From a virus (Duplodnaviria; Caudoviricetes), in IMG/VR virus record IMGVR_UViG_3300007171_000061, positions 1 through 64,000 of that record: a stretch of DNA of 64,000 nucleotides; one strand, written 5' to 3'. Positions 9,555 through 19,864 of the stretch are shown here, piece by piece; within the stretch, counting starts at the first letter, position 1, and every line of letters begins with the position of its first letter. Below the pieces are notes generated by a model. That model was not told the origin of the DNA and ran no database searches. It saw nothing but the letters and a program-made list of their open reading frames with translations. The translations under genes and the position numbers were made by a program.

Positions 9555-9673
9555 GTTATAGTTCAGTATATTCCGTATCTTAGTTCCTCGTCATGCTTTA
9601 GCTCACATGCGTCATAAAACCCAAATAGTAAACCCCGGACGTTTACCCAACCTGAAATATACTGAACTATAAC
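9555..9673 (-). ncRNA. Structured element closed by a perfect 18-bp inverted repeat
   Basis: gttatagttcagtatatt (9555-9572) is the reverse complement of aatatactgaactataac (9656-9673); internal GTAAAC/GTTTAC hairpin. Confidence 0.5.
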
Positions 9674-9676
9674 CTC

Positions 9677-9827
9677 TGGTCCCTAAACCAGCATTATAGT
9701 GTCTTGTTACACCCGGACGACAATCCTTGGGCCTTTGAAATCCGCAGTGTACCACGCCATCAGTACATCTGTTTTTAATGACGGGGCTTACACCCGCCTC
9801 GCTTGAAGTGTGCCGCTAACTCTAGGG
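9677..9827 (-). ncRNA. 151-nt tRNA-like RNA with acceptor stem and encoded CCA but non-tRNA body
   Basis: 5' CCCTAGA pairs with 3' TTTAGGG, followed by A-CCA; internal hairpins GGCGGG/CCCGTC, GTACTG/TGGTAC, GGTGT/ACACT. Confidence 0.5.
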
Positions 9828-9860
9828 ATATGAGCAACAGGCATAAGCGGGACTAAATTC

Positions 9861-9937
9861 TGGTGCGAGTGGAGGGATTCGAACCCCCGACCAATGGTGT
9901 AGAAGACCAGTGCTCTATCCAACTGAGCTACACTCGC
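9861..9937 (-). tRNA. tRNA-Arg(TCT)
   Basis: GCGAGTG/CACTCGC stem, TAGCTCAGTTGGATAGAGC D-arm, CT TCT AC loop, GGTTCGAATCC T-loop, CCA. Confidence 0.93.
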
Positions 9938-9946
9938 TTAACCTCA

Positions 9947-9976
9947 ATTATACATCAGTTTTCAACTCCAAGTCAA
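9947..9976 (-). promoter_or_regulatory. sigma70-type promoter driving tRNA-Arg, the ncRNAs and the NTase operon
   Basis: TTGACT-18-TATAAT on minus strand, about 10 nt upstream of the tRNA. Confidence 0.65.
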
Positions 9977-10496
9977 CATTTCGCAAAATATTTTCTTTGA
10001 TGTTTAACCTAGCCAGTTCGTTCAGATCAGATTGTGGCATAGACATGCTAGATCGTAGCATACCGTCTGCATCAAACTGCTGTAACGTCTGGTACTCTTT
10101 ATTATACTCGTATTTGTACTTCATGATCCACCTGCATCGTAATATTTCATCAAATAATTGTACACTGTTCTTGGTGCTACAGCAAAAATAACTTCAGGAG
10201 TATCATCGCAAAAAGCTTTGTTGGGTGATTTCCACCAGTTATCAACAAGTTTTTTACCAACTAGTGCAGTTAGCAAAGCATCACAGCGTTTGCGAAGCAT
10301 CTCAGATTCATTTGTCATAATTCCAACCTCCAACATCGTGTGTTTTAAACGTAGCTCTTGAAATGCTAATTACATGCTCAGGTAGAACTTTAGATGTACC
10401 AGCAAACCATTCATCTTCAAAGCAGCATTGCATCTGTGCTACATCGTGCTCATAAATTGCTTGGTATACCCACCAAGGTAGTGCTCCCCAACTCAT
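9948..10496 (-). CDS. Three small hypothetical ORFs (9948-10124, 10121-10336, 10308-10496)
   Basis: Overlapping stop/start junctions downstream of the DNA polymerase gene. Confidence 0.55.
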
Positions 10497-10509
10497 GTTC
10501 AATCCTTTC

Positions 10510-12624
10510 TTAGTGAACTTCTTTCCAGTTCTTACCAACTTTACCCTCACCGACTAGTGGCACTTTAATTTTCAGTAGTGTACCAGCTTTAGAAATAGCC
10601 CTCTCAATCATTTGCGATACTTCTTTAGCTACTTCCTCTTGGCATTCGTACTCAAGCTCGTCATGAAAGTATCCAATCCTTCGGACAATACAGCCTTTAT
10701 ACAAATAGTGGGGTCTGCGTTTTTCATCAAAGTTTAAACCACCAAGCCAAACATCCATAAAGCAACCCGCATAATCCATTGAGATACCACCACAACTTTG
10801 AAAGATAGTGTTAAGCAATGCAGACTTCTTCCGAGTAAGTAAAATTCTACCATCAATTGCTGGCAAATATTTCTTCTTACCTGCAGACTCCCAGTATTTC
10901 TCTAAACTTTTCTTAAGCTCGGCAGTACCGGGATTAGCTTCCCAGAACGCTTCTAAGGCCTCTTTACCGTACTGTTCAGGAATTCCAAGGGTAGAGGCTA
11001 CCTTTGGTGCTGCAGCGCCGTATAGAATCGCATAGAAGCCGTTCTTTGATTTATTACGATAGGGTTTCCACTTCGGATTCTCCTTATCGAAATCAGGTGC
11101 ATTATAGATGGCTGCAACCTCTTCGTAAATACTGCCATAGAAAGCATTAGCATTCTTAGAGTGTACATCGCCCTTGAGCAATTCGTCAGCAGTTGCACCA
11201 TCGTCATACTTATATGTATAGTGACCTTGTACTCGACCTTCCAATGCAGCAGCATCACCAGCAGCAATTAGGTAGCCATCTTCTGCAATCCACAATTCAC
11301 GGAATTCATAGCCTAATAGAACTTTAGGGTCAGCTTTGGGTACGTTCACAACAACTTTATGCTTTTGACGGTGTGTTGCAGCAATACCAGTACGACCTGC
11401 ACCAATACGACCATCATAGATGATGCGCTCGTTCTCAAGCCAACCCGTAAGTACTGAGAGTCTATTACGAAGTGATAACCACTTAACTACATCCTTTACT
11501 AATTCGCCATCAAGTTTTTCTAGATTTGGACACAGCTTGCCAGTCTCCTGAATTTTAGGTGACGTTGGAATTAGCTGCCTTGTAACAGGGTCACGCACAG
11601 GTTTACCATCTGGACCTTTCTTGTAGTTAAATAGTGTAGGTTTCCACCCTTGCTCTAAAAACCAATCTTTCATCTGATCCTGATTCGCCATTTCCATTGG
11701 CAGCTTAACATCTAGAATCTTATCAGGCTCAACCTTAACTTCTTTGTCATAGAACATCCACAGATCATCGCCAATATGGATAGCTTTGTGCTTCTTTGCG
11801 AACTTCTCCCACGTAGTAGAATACTCACCATCTTTACGGTAGGGTTTAGCTGGCATCTTGTATTCCTTTTCTTCAGTCTTTTTAAGACCTCGCGGTGGCA
11901 ACTGCGGCTCTACTCGCTGACGGATATCTTCCATCATACCTTCGATTCTAATCTTCAGCTTACCTGCAGCGTCAACGTCAAACTTCCAGCCTGAAAGCTC
12001 TTGACAACTCATAAGGTAAAAGCTCTTCTGACCAGATTTAAAGTGCCGAGGCCATTCAGAATTGTCCCATGACCCATACACATCAACCCATTCAGTGATA
12101 AGTGACTTAAATACCATCTTGCCAATAAGTGTATCTCGTTCACAGTACTTATCCATGATTTGATTATATTGCATGAATTCTGCACCATCAGGAGCATCTG
12201 CAGCAATAGCACCTGCACTAATCATCTCTTTTCTAAAGTCAATTTTAGGCATGTCAAACTTATTACCCCAATACTCAATCGAGTGACGCTCACGGTCAGG
12301 GTTAAGGTACATAGACATATAATATGTATCTGCAAAGTTTACAGGCATACCTTCCAATGTGTCTGGACCTACAGAGTATTCAATGCCCATTACGAACATC
12401 ATCACAAAGATATCATACCCAAGACCGTTGTGGAAGCACACATTAGGTGTGTCGTACTTTTCAACCCATGCAGCAAATTTAGCTTTAGCATCTGTATCTC
12501 TGAACGGGTGCAACTTCAGCTTTTCATTACTGTCAAGGTCTTCAAGGCACATCACCCACACATTGTTAGCCTGAAAGATAAAACCATCTGCTTCAATGTC
12601 AATAGAAAAACCGTTATATTTCAT
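10510..12624 (-). CDS. DNA polymerase family A (T7 gp5-like) with 3'-5' exonuclease
   Basis: IDIEAD Exo I, HNGLGYD Exo II, YCERD Exo III; GDAAALE motif A, RNKSKNGFYAILYG motif B, HDE motif C. Confidence 0.95.
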   Translation of the reverse strand: MKYNGFSIDIEADGFIFQANNVWVMCLEDLDSNEKLKLHPFRDTDAKAKFAAWVEKYDTPNVCFHNGLGYDIFVMMFVMGIEYSVGPDTLEGMPVNFADTYYMSMYLNPDRERHSIEYWGNKFDMPKIDFRKEMISAGAIAADAPDGAEFMQYNQIMDKYCERDTLIGKMVFKSLITEWVDVYGSWDNSEWPRHFKSGQKSFYLMSCQELSGWKFDVDAAGKLKIRIEGMMEDIRQRVEPQLPPRGLKKTEEKEYKMPAKPYRKDGEYSTTWEKFAKKHKAIHIGDDLWMFYDKEVKVEPDKILDVKLPMEMANQDQMKDWFLEQGWKPTLFNYKKGPDGKPVRDPVTRQLIPTSPKIQETGKLCPNLEKLDGELVKDVVKWLSLRNRLSVLTGWLENERIIYDGRIGAGRTGIAATHRQKHKVVVNVPKADPKVLLGYEFRELWIAEDGYLIAAGDAAALEGRVQGHYTYKYDDGATADELLKGDVHSKNANAFYGSIYEEVAAIYNAPDFDKENPKWKPYRNKSKNGFYAILYGAAAPKVASTLGIPEQYGKEALEAFWEANPGTAELKKSLEKYWESAGKKKYLPAIDGRILLTRKKSALLNTIFQSCGGISMDYAGCFMDVWLGGLNFDEKRRPHYLYKGCIVRRIGYFHDELEYECQEEVAKEVSQMIERAISKAGTLLKIKVPLVGEGKVGKNWKEVH

Positions 12625-13402
12625 AGTACTCCTTTACAGTTGACACATTATAGCATCTTTCTTCACTTTTCCAAATAAATCCACGATAAGATTTCTTATA
12701 CCCGTTACAAACACTGTAGATAGCTTTGTCATGCCAATCTGGATGTGCAAGCATAATTTCACGAATAGAATTCCACTCTTGTATTAGTTCACCTGAAATC
12801 TTACAATATTGGTAGAACTTAAGTATAGACTTAGCCTCTGCAACTTTCTCTGCCATTATTGCTTTTTTAGCTTCATCTTTCCACAGCAGTTTGGAATTTT
12901 CAGATAACTTTGCTTTCCATTCAGGCGACTTCATCCAGTCATACATGCCATCTTTGAATTGCTGAGACTTAATTTCTGACATTCTAGACTTCTGTTCTTC
13001 GCTCCACTTGTTGTCATAATTTGGATTACCTTCACCCGAATTTATTTCTGAAAGTAAACGCCTAGTTTCATCGTGTACGAAACTTGCCGTTGAACTATCC
13101 CTGCGAAGATTATAGCCAGAGTCTCTTTCACAAGACCTGTAAAAATCCATCCAATAAAGTTCACGATCTTTTAATATTTGTTCATCAATCTCAGGTAAAA
13201 CTTCAAGAATTATAAACTCGAAGTTATCTAGTCCGTATTTTTGAACTGCACTGTGCAAGTATCTGTTTGTCTTTTTCTTATCTCGTTCTGCTTTTATAAG
13301 TACTGCCCTGTGTGCTGAAAATCTGTGTTCAATATTGATTGATTTACCGATGTACTTTTTATCATTGATCTTATTCCTGATACAGTATATTCCAATAGTC
13401 AT
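12614..13402 (-). CDS. GIY-YIG homing endonuclease
   Basis: GIYCIRNKINDKKYIGKS...GYNL; NUMOD-like C-terminus; own TTGACA-17-TACAAT promoter at about 13424-13452. Confidence 0.9.
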   Translation of the reverse strand: MTIGIYCIRNKINDKKYIGKSINIEHRFSAHRAVLIKAERDKKKTNRYLHSAVQKYGLDNFEFIILEVLPEIDEQILKDRELYWMDFYRSCERDSGYNLRRDSSTASFVHDETRRLLSEINSGEGNPNYDNKWSEEQKSRMSEIKSQQFKDGMYDWMKSPEWKAKLSENSKLLWKDEAKKAIMAEKVAEAKSILKFYQYCKISGELIQEWNSIREIMLAHPDWHDKAIYSVCNGYKKSYRGFIWKSEERCYNVSTVKEYYEI

Positions 13403-13477
13403 TTCACTCTCCTAAACCTATATTGTATCATGGTTGTACCCAAATGTCAAGGGTAAAAGAGGGCCGAAGCCCCCTTG

Positions 13478-15217
13478 TTAAAATCCTGAGTTGTTCTCTG
13501 CAAGCCAATCATCTAAGTTATGCAAAGTATGAGTGTCGTTATCATAGTAGACATTACCAGCAGGGCCAGTTAATCCACAGATACGATTTTTACTGAGTAC
13601 AACTTTGGTTGTATTACGTTCAACAGGGTCTTCTGCGTACTTATTTCGACTTAACAAAATGTTAGCTGAAGCTGATTTAATGATAGTAGAACTACCTTGA
13701 ATTTCCTCTTCAGTGAATGCACCACCTTGTGAAGAATTCTGTACACCAGAAGCTGACTTACGAACGTGATTAATGAAGATCAGCGTTACGTTGTGGCTCT
13801 TGATGATACCTTTGGACCACTTCATGAACAACGCTTGGTCTTCATTGGACAAACCGTCAAGAATATCCTGCAAGGGGTCCAGCACAATGATTCTACAACC
13901 GCATGATACCACAAGCTCTTCTACTGTATCTTGAATCTCTTCGATTGTACCATCACGGTTATCGAGCAGATAGAAACGATGTTGACCATCGGCATTGTAG
14001 AAAAGCTCATTTGCTTTTTCACGTACTTTGTCGGACTCTAACAGGTCTTTCTTGGCTTCATCATCTTGAATCAACGAAATCTTACGACTCAAGTGCCTTC
14101 CTAGTAGTGTCTCACCGTATTGACCTGAATCTAACTCCATTGAAACAATACCGATTTTGTGCGGTGAATTGAAAATCCAATGATAAATCATTCCATTAAC
14201 AAACGATGTTTTACCTAGACCTGTACCTGCAGCAACGTTAATGATGTGACCCAATGGTAAACCACCTACAAGCATTTCATTCAGAGTGTTCATGAATGGT
14301 GGAAACGGTACTTTTGGTACTGTAGCTTGCTCTAGGATTTTACTATACAAATCACCACTACCCAATACACCAACAGGAGTATAACGCTTTGCATCATAGA
14401 AATTGCGAATAAATTCATCTTGCTTACCTTCTTCAAGATAAGTGTTAGGGTCTTTATATCGCATGTGCATAATCTTAACTTTACCTTTTGGCAAAGCCTT
14501 GACTACATCTTCTGTTGCTTCTTTACCAGCTTTGTCATTATCATAACAAACAATGATGTTATCAAAACTATCAAAGAAACGATACTGCGCTGCGATTTGT
14601 TTATGTGAGTTAGCACCTGTAGTTGGTGATACTACAGCCATTTCATAATCACCATTGCGACTTTTATTGTAATCAGCAAACATCTGATATGCAGATAGTG
14701 CATCAAGCTCACCTTCAGTGATCAGAATGTACTTGCCGCCACGGTTAAACTTAAACTGCATGAACAATTCACAGTCAGCACCTGTTCGACCTTTGGAATA
14801 AAAATTCTTTGGTACTTCACGGATTTTATATCCTACGATTTGACCGTCTTGTGTGGTTGGGTAATACTGCTCTTCAACTTCACCGTCATCATCATACGCA
14901 TACCGTACACCAAAAGGTTTTGTAGTTTCATCTTTTAATCCACGGAAACCCTTACCAGCTACACCAGTTACGGATTTAATCTCTGCATTTTCATCTGGTG
15001 TCATTGCAGGTTTACCACTTGGTTTAACTTCCATACTCTTTTCTTCCTTTGCTGTTGATCTTACTTTGGTTGTCTTCTTAGGGTTTAACTCCTTGAATTC
15101 ACTAGACGGTACTGTATGTTCACAGACAAAGCAATGTGAAGAGCCACCTTCGTATACTGCCTTACCATCTGAGCTACCGCACTTATCGCAATTTGTATGC
15201 TTGATGAATGCTGCCAT
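13478..15217 (-). CDS. DNA primase-helicase (T7 gp4-like)
   Basis: CxxC...CxxC Zn finger; ITEGELDALS and YDND TOPRIM motifs; AAGTGLGKT Walker A; VLDP; LSKNR DnaB motifs. Confidence 0.95.
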   Translation of the reverse strand: MAAFIKHTNCDKCGSSDGKAVYEGGSSHCFVCEHTVPSSEFKELNPKKTTKVRSTAKEEKSMEVKPSGKPAMTPDENAEIKSVTGVAGKGFRGLKDETTKPFGVRYAYDDDGEVEEQYYPTTQDGQIVGYKIREVPKNFYSKGRTGADCELFMQFKFNRGGKYILITEGELDALSAYQMFADYNKSRNGDYEMAVVSPTTGANSHKQIAAQYRFFDSFDNIIVCYDNDKAGKEATEDVVKALPKGKVKIMHMRYKDPNTYLEEGKQDEFIRNFYDAKRYTPVGVLGSGDLYSKILEQATVPKVPFPPFMNTLNEMLVGGLPLGHIINVAAGTGLGKTSFVNGMIYHWIFNSPHKIGIVSMELDSGQYGETLLGRHLSRKISLIQDDEAKKDLLESDKVREKANELFYNADGQHRFYLLDNRDGTIEEIQDTVEELVVSCGCRIIVLDPLQDILDGLSNEDQALFMKWSKGIIKSHNVTLIFINHVRKSASGVQNSSQGGAFTEEEIQGSSTIIKSASANILLSRNKYAEDPVERNTTKVVLSKNRICGLTGPAGNVYYDNDTHTLHNLDDWLAENNSGF

Positions 15218-15225
15218 TTTACTCC

Positions 15226-16245
15226 TTATTCATTTTTCAGTAACCAAGAATTTGAGATTGACTTAAAGCTACGATCATGCACAGTATTGCTCTTGAATAC
15301 AACACCTTCACGATTGCTACCATTTAGCAAAGATTTACCTTCTGCAAAATCCAAGATAGACTGAATACTTTGTTCTTTAATATCAGTAGATTCTGCAATA
15401 ATTGGTACATGTTTCAAACCAATACGTTCACACGCTGCTTTAAGCTGCACAGGCAAAATGTATTGCCCCGTATGAGTATTGTACATGTCGTACACATAGA
15501 AGTCAAGCTGTGTTTTGTACTGATTACCTTGGATGCCTTCACCAATCATTTCACCTTGAATAGCCATGCCCTTCATAAAATTGCGGCGCATAACATCTTC
15601 AATCTGAAACTTACGTGCTACTTTCCAGAATGAATTTGCTTCGTCTTCTTTCAGATCAAGATTGCGTGAGCATACGTGAAATACGTCTTCATCGTCAAGA
15701 TAGAAAGTGCAAGATGAACCATCAAGTTTTTCTGTAATAGACCAAGTGTCAAGCATGAGTTCATCGAACTGTTTACTTAAGTTTTGAATACGCTCTTGAT
15801 CAGTCTTTGGTACTAACGAAGGAAAATTGCCTCGTGCCATACCAGCGAGTTGAGCATTCATTGGGCGTTCCCACTTTAGGATGCCAAGATGTTCTGTAAG
15901 GTCCAATCCTTCCGCAACAAGATGACCAGCACCTTTGATTGTATCCTCTGGAATCGGCAGCAACAAACCTTGTGAGAGTTGACCACGTAGTTTTACTGTA
16001 CGTAGACGTTCACCTTTTACACCTTCAAATTCCCTTGGCTCTTTGCCTTTGGATAGGAATGGTGCTAATTCTGTTGGAATCCATGCATCAATTTCTACGT
16101 AACAAGCGAGTGAATCAACTTGAAATTCACCCTTCTTAACTACCACTTTCCAACCATCGACTACAGCTACTTCAATAGCGTCTGCACCTTCGATTGGTTC
16201 AATAGCTGCAATCTTACGAATCGTTGCTAATTTTCGTTCTGTCAT
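15226..16245 (-). CDS. RNA ligase (Rnl2 / DRB0094 family)
   Basis: N-terminal OB-like IEPIEGADAIE...; TEKLDGSS motif I, QGEMIG, REGVVFK, FKSIS. Confidence 0.85.
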   Translation of the reverse strand: MTERKLATIRKIAAIEPIEGADAIEVAVVDGWKVVVKKGEFQVDSLACYVEIDAWIPTELAPFLSKGKEPREFEGVKGERLRTVKLRGQLSQGLLLPIPEDTIKGAGHLVAEGLDLTEHLGILKWERPMNAQLAGMARGNFPSLVPKTDQERIQNLSKQFDELMLDTWSITEKLDGSSCTFYLDDEDVFHVCSRNLDLKEDEANSFWKVARKFQIEDVMRRNFMKGMAIQGEMIGEGIQGNQYKTQLDFYVYDMYNTHTGQYILPVQLKAACERIGLKHVPIIAESTDIKEQSIQSILDFAEGKSLLNGSNREGVVFKSNTVHDRSFKSISNSWLLKNE

Positions 16246-16261
16246 AACTTCTCCTTTTCTG

Positions 16262-16537
16262 TTATTTGAAATATCTAACTCTAGATAAATAAAGCTGATG
16301 AACTTCAGGTTCTAGATCACAGTGGAAATAAATTCTCCAATACTCTCGACCCATGAGTTTTTCTCGTGCATTTGTACAAGTCTGAAAGCATATCACAAAA
16401 TCTTCAGTTTCAACTTCAAGATTTCTGTAGCTAAATTTTGTAAAAGAAAGTTCTTCTGTTGCTTTCGTAAAAGCTTCCGTAGCTTCTACTTGTGTTGCAT
16501 ACACATTTAGTATTGGAAGTTTCCGGCGTTGCATCAC
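16262..16537 (-). CDS. Hypothetical protein
   Basis: 91-aa ORF in operon. Confidence 0.55.
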   Translation of the reverse strand: MMQRRKLPILNVYATQVEATEAFTKATEELSFTKFSYRNLEVETEDFVICFQTCTNAREKLMGREYWRIYFHCDLEPEVHQLYLSRVRYFK

Positions 16538-17439
16538 AAATCATCTTTATGCCGGATACCGACAAGAACGGGAAAGCGTGGTACATTATACCCGTTTCCA
16601 ACATCAAAATACTTAACCTTTGCAAGTTGACCCATCAGTGTTTCCCTGCGTTCCCACAAGTCCTCACGGATAGCATCAGTCATACCGCTACCACAACTGA
16701 ACGTATCGCCTTTAGAGGTGCATAGAATCAACGATCCCATAGTGTCTAAGGCTACCATACCATCCTTAGCTGTAGAGCGTGCTGTACGCCCTAATTCATT
16801 GGTCTTTGCTTCATTGGTGTTGGTGTACTTAGGCTCCCAACCGATGATTTCAAATTCATTGTCAACAAAGCGTTTTACTTTTTGTAGCTCAGGATTCTTT
16901 GTGCCAGATCGACCGCATTTGTATTTAGCATTTGGATCATGAAGCATGATACCTTCAGCACCTTGCGCCAGCATCTTAGCTTCAAATTCATCTATGTCTG
17001 AATCTTCCCATACAGGTAAATGCTCTAGTACTTCTACTCTAAAGGGTAGTGCATCTCTTCTTTGCAATTCAATCAAACGAGCATAACGCTCAAGCCAATT
17101 AGCAGTAGGATGCCAGCGATCAAATACCCAAAAGGTAAAGTTGGGTTCACCTTCAATACGCATAACGCCAGAGGTACTTTGGTTAAATACATCAGGTGCA
17201 TTCTTATCACCTACGATAAGCTCACCGTCCATACCATCTAGCATTTCCCAATGGTGTTTAACATAAGCTTGAATGCTCAGGTTAGGAATGCGCTTAAGGC
17301 TTCGGGTGTAAGCTACACCACCAAATACAATGCAGCGAATACCATCAAGCTTTTCAGACATGTAGAGATTATCTGGTTGTGTCTTTACTTTTGTTTGTTC
17401 GATTGCGAGTTGTGGTTTAAAACCTTCAGGTATAGTCAT
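16534..17439 (-). CDS. ATP-dependent DNA ligase
   Basis: SEKLDGIRC, DGELIVG, EGIML, KVKRF; C-terminal OB fold with PRFP. Confidence 0.93.
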   Translation of the reverse strand: MTIPEGFKPQLAIEQTKVKTQPDNLYMSEKLDGIRCIVFGGVAYTRSLKRIPNLSIQAYVKHHWEMLDGMDGELIVGDKNAPDVFNQSTSGVMRIEGEPNFTFWVFDRWHPTANWLERYARLIELQRRDALPFRVEVLEHLPVWEDSDIDEFEAKMLAQGAEGIMLHDPNAKYKCGRSGTKNPELQKVKRFVDNEFEIIGWEPKYTNTNEAKTNELGRTARSTAKDGMVALDTMGSLILCTSKGDTFSCGSGMTDAIREDLWERRETLMGQLAKVKYFDVGNGYNVPRFPVLVGIRHKDDL

Positions 17440-19708
17440 ACTTCAATCTCCTTAATTACTTTGCGTGATTTCTTAAAGTTTTTGTTTCTAAGATAGTCTC
17501 TTGCTAGTTGTTGCATTGCACTTTCTGCGCGATCTAACTCATTTCGAATATGATGAGTTTGCCAAAAGAGAGTATACGGAATTTTTGATTGTACAAAATA
17601 TTTGGTTTCCCATATGTCGTACCAGTTACTGTACACTGACTTTTCAAGGATGCGAAATTTCATCGTGCTACCACCTGCAATATCATATTAATACCTTGGA
17701 TAACCATCTGCTGTTCCATAGGGTTCAACTGATGCCAATTGCGATTGTCACCAAACTTAGCTGCTACTGCAGTCCAAAACTTTTCTACATCACTCATGAT
17801 TTTCTCCTAAAGTTAGAGTACCTGTTCTCAGCACCAATTCTTTCTTGAATAGCATCTCAACGAAATTACCTTTAATCTGCTTCTGAGTCTCAAGTATAGC
17901 ATGAATATGATCAGTTGTCATATCGCACAAAGGAATATAAATTCCATCAGGTAGGTGCTCAAAGTTCTTACCATAGCTCTTCCACACGAAAGCTTCACGC
18001 ACTACATGAAATGGATCACTTAGGTATACCGTCAAGTCTTCTGCTGGTGTTGTATTAATGCTACGGCGCAAGTAGTCGTTACCACCATCTACAATGTACA
18101 TTTCACCAGTGAACTTATCTAAGTGCTGTACATAGTCATGCCTGTGATAGCTACGCAAGTAAGTACCATCAGGTGTCATGATTGCATTACGGATGATAAT
18201 ATCAGTCATCGTTGTCATTCCATATTTCTACAAGTTCAGGATCATGTGCAGTTGGATCAAAGCATTGCATTGCTCGTTTGATAGCTTCCTCTGAATTGCA
18301 CACATCATCAATGACAAGTGTTTCTTCGACTTTGATAGTTACATAATAGATCATGGTTTACCCTTTCAAGTTAAAAGCTGCGGTTAATACTACACGAGCA
18401 TCTTCAATGAGTTCTTCACTGTAATACTTCCATTGATCACTCTGATCTATATTGCAGGTTTCAGCTACACGATTACACAAAGCTTTAGCACCAGCAATAA
18501 TCTGCTCTTGTGTAGGTTGACCACCTACCAATGCACCTACCAATGCTTCCAACCTATCATTACGGGCACGTAACAGACGGTTCTCTTGCTCTAGTTCATC
18601 AATTGCATTTTGCATGCGTTCTTCTGCGATATCACTCATAGTTTCTCCTTTGTTAGATATTTATTAGCAAAATATTTATAAGCCTCAAATGCAATTCTAT
18701 CCATCCAAATAGTTACATTTGTAGTACTATTTATGTTTTCAATCCAACGTCTAGTTATAACTCTAAGAGTGCAGTCACCGATAAAACCATCATTAGAAAA
18801 TTTTTCATGATCTAGAATTATTGCTCTAAACTCATTTTCAGTTATAGAAGACAAGAACTCGTTCCAGCTAATCATAGTTTCTCCATTTTAATATTACGTA
18901 AAGAAGGACTTTTATGCATTTGCATCAGATACCAGCTTGCACTTTTATCATCACAAGCATAAGTACGATTTGAGATTGTACCATCACTTTTGACTTCTTG
19001 CCAACTTAGACGAACATTTTTAACGTCTGTTTTCTTAAAGGTCTTCATTGTGTCTGTTCTCCGGTGTAGCTGCAGTGAATCGCTTGTGAATGATGTTCCA
19101 AGCTTCGTAGTTAACTTGCATTGTAGCAGATAAATCACGAAAAGCTAAGTTCTTGATCTTTAATACATCATTGCGCTTATTCCAGATAAACTGCCAATCT
19201 GTAGTACTATCTGCATATTCTAAAGCTTGCTCATGTGTATACTCAGGTACTCTTCGCATTCTACACAAAGAAAATTTTGTCTGTTTGATATAGTAGTGAT
19301 AGAAATTCTTTTTGGTTTGCTCTTTAGCTTTCTTTAAAGATTCTAAGTACTCACAACAAAGAGTAAAGATAACCTCTGCTGGAACGTTTGTTGTTACTTC
19401 TGGTGTACTCATGATCCCATCCCTTCTGATCCTAGTGGTTTGTAGATTGTGTTGCGAGTGATAATTGTACCGTCAAAAAGAACTTTCTGTACACTTGATG
19501 TTCTTACATTGCTACAATTACCTAAAGCTGGATGACCGATGACGTACTGCAGATGAGCTACTTGATGTTCACCCCATTGAGAGAACTGAGGTGTACCGAT
19601 GTAGTATACCTCTGGTTTCTCTTGTACTTCAAGCTTTACCTTTGGGATGCACCCATGTTGCATGCAATGATTTACTGTTTCGCATTCATCACAAATAACT
19701 CTATTCAT
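17436..19708 (-). CDS. Array of small early hypothetical ORFs (17436-17663, 17660-17797, 17790-18218, 18202-18354, 18358-18639, 18636-18875, 18872-19048, 19035-19412, 19409-19708)
   Basis: Tightly overlapping ORFs with RBSs, downstream of the leftward promoter at 19865-19893. Confidence 0.6.
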
Positions 19709-19746
19709 AAATACTCCTTTAACGTTTGATGATTCATTTCGCTCAT

Positions 19747-19861
19747 ACCTGCATTGTACAGCAGATTTACCTAATGTTAACCTAAGATCAACCTGAGTTC
19801 AACCTTGAGACGAACCCTTCGACTATACCCTTCGCTAACCCCCGTAACCCCCTTGATGACC
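19747..19861. repeat. Degenerate ~11-bp tandem repeat (consensus about GWTYAACCTRA)
   Basis: gatttacctaa tgttaacctaa gatcaacctga gttcaaccttg (19764-19807), then aaccctt/aacccc units; ACC at 19769, 19780, 19791, 19802, 19814, 19827, 19838, 19847, 19859. Confidence 0.75.
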
Positions 19862-19864
19862 TGA

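Noticed and set aside
9555-9827. Retron msr-msd or tmRNA
   Set aside because: No reverse transcriptase in the window; ends do not match tmRNA consensus and no tag ORF was found
9844-9856. 13-mer TAAGCGGGACTAA shared with 42634-42646
   Set aside because: Orientation is opposite relative to the local transcripts, flanks do not align, and 13-mer matches are expected by chance in 64 kb
10510-15217. Group I intron or intein in the polymerase, primase or nrdA genes
   Set aside because: Reading frames are continuous and of normal length; the GIY-YIG gene is free-standing between genes
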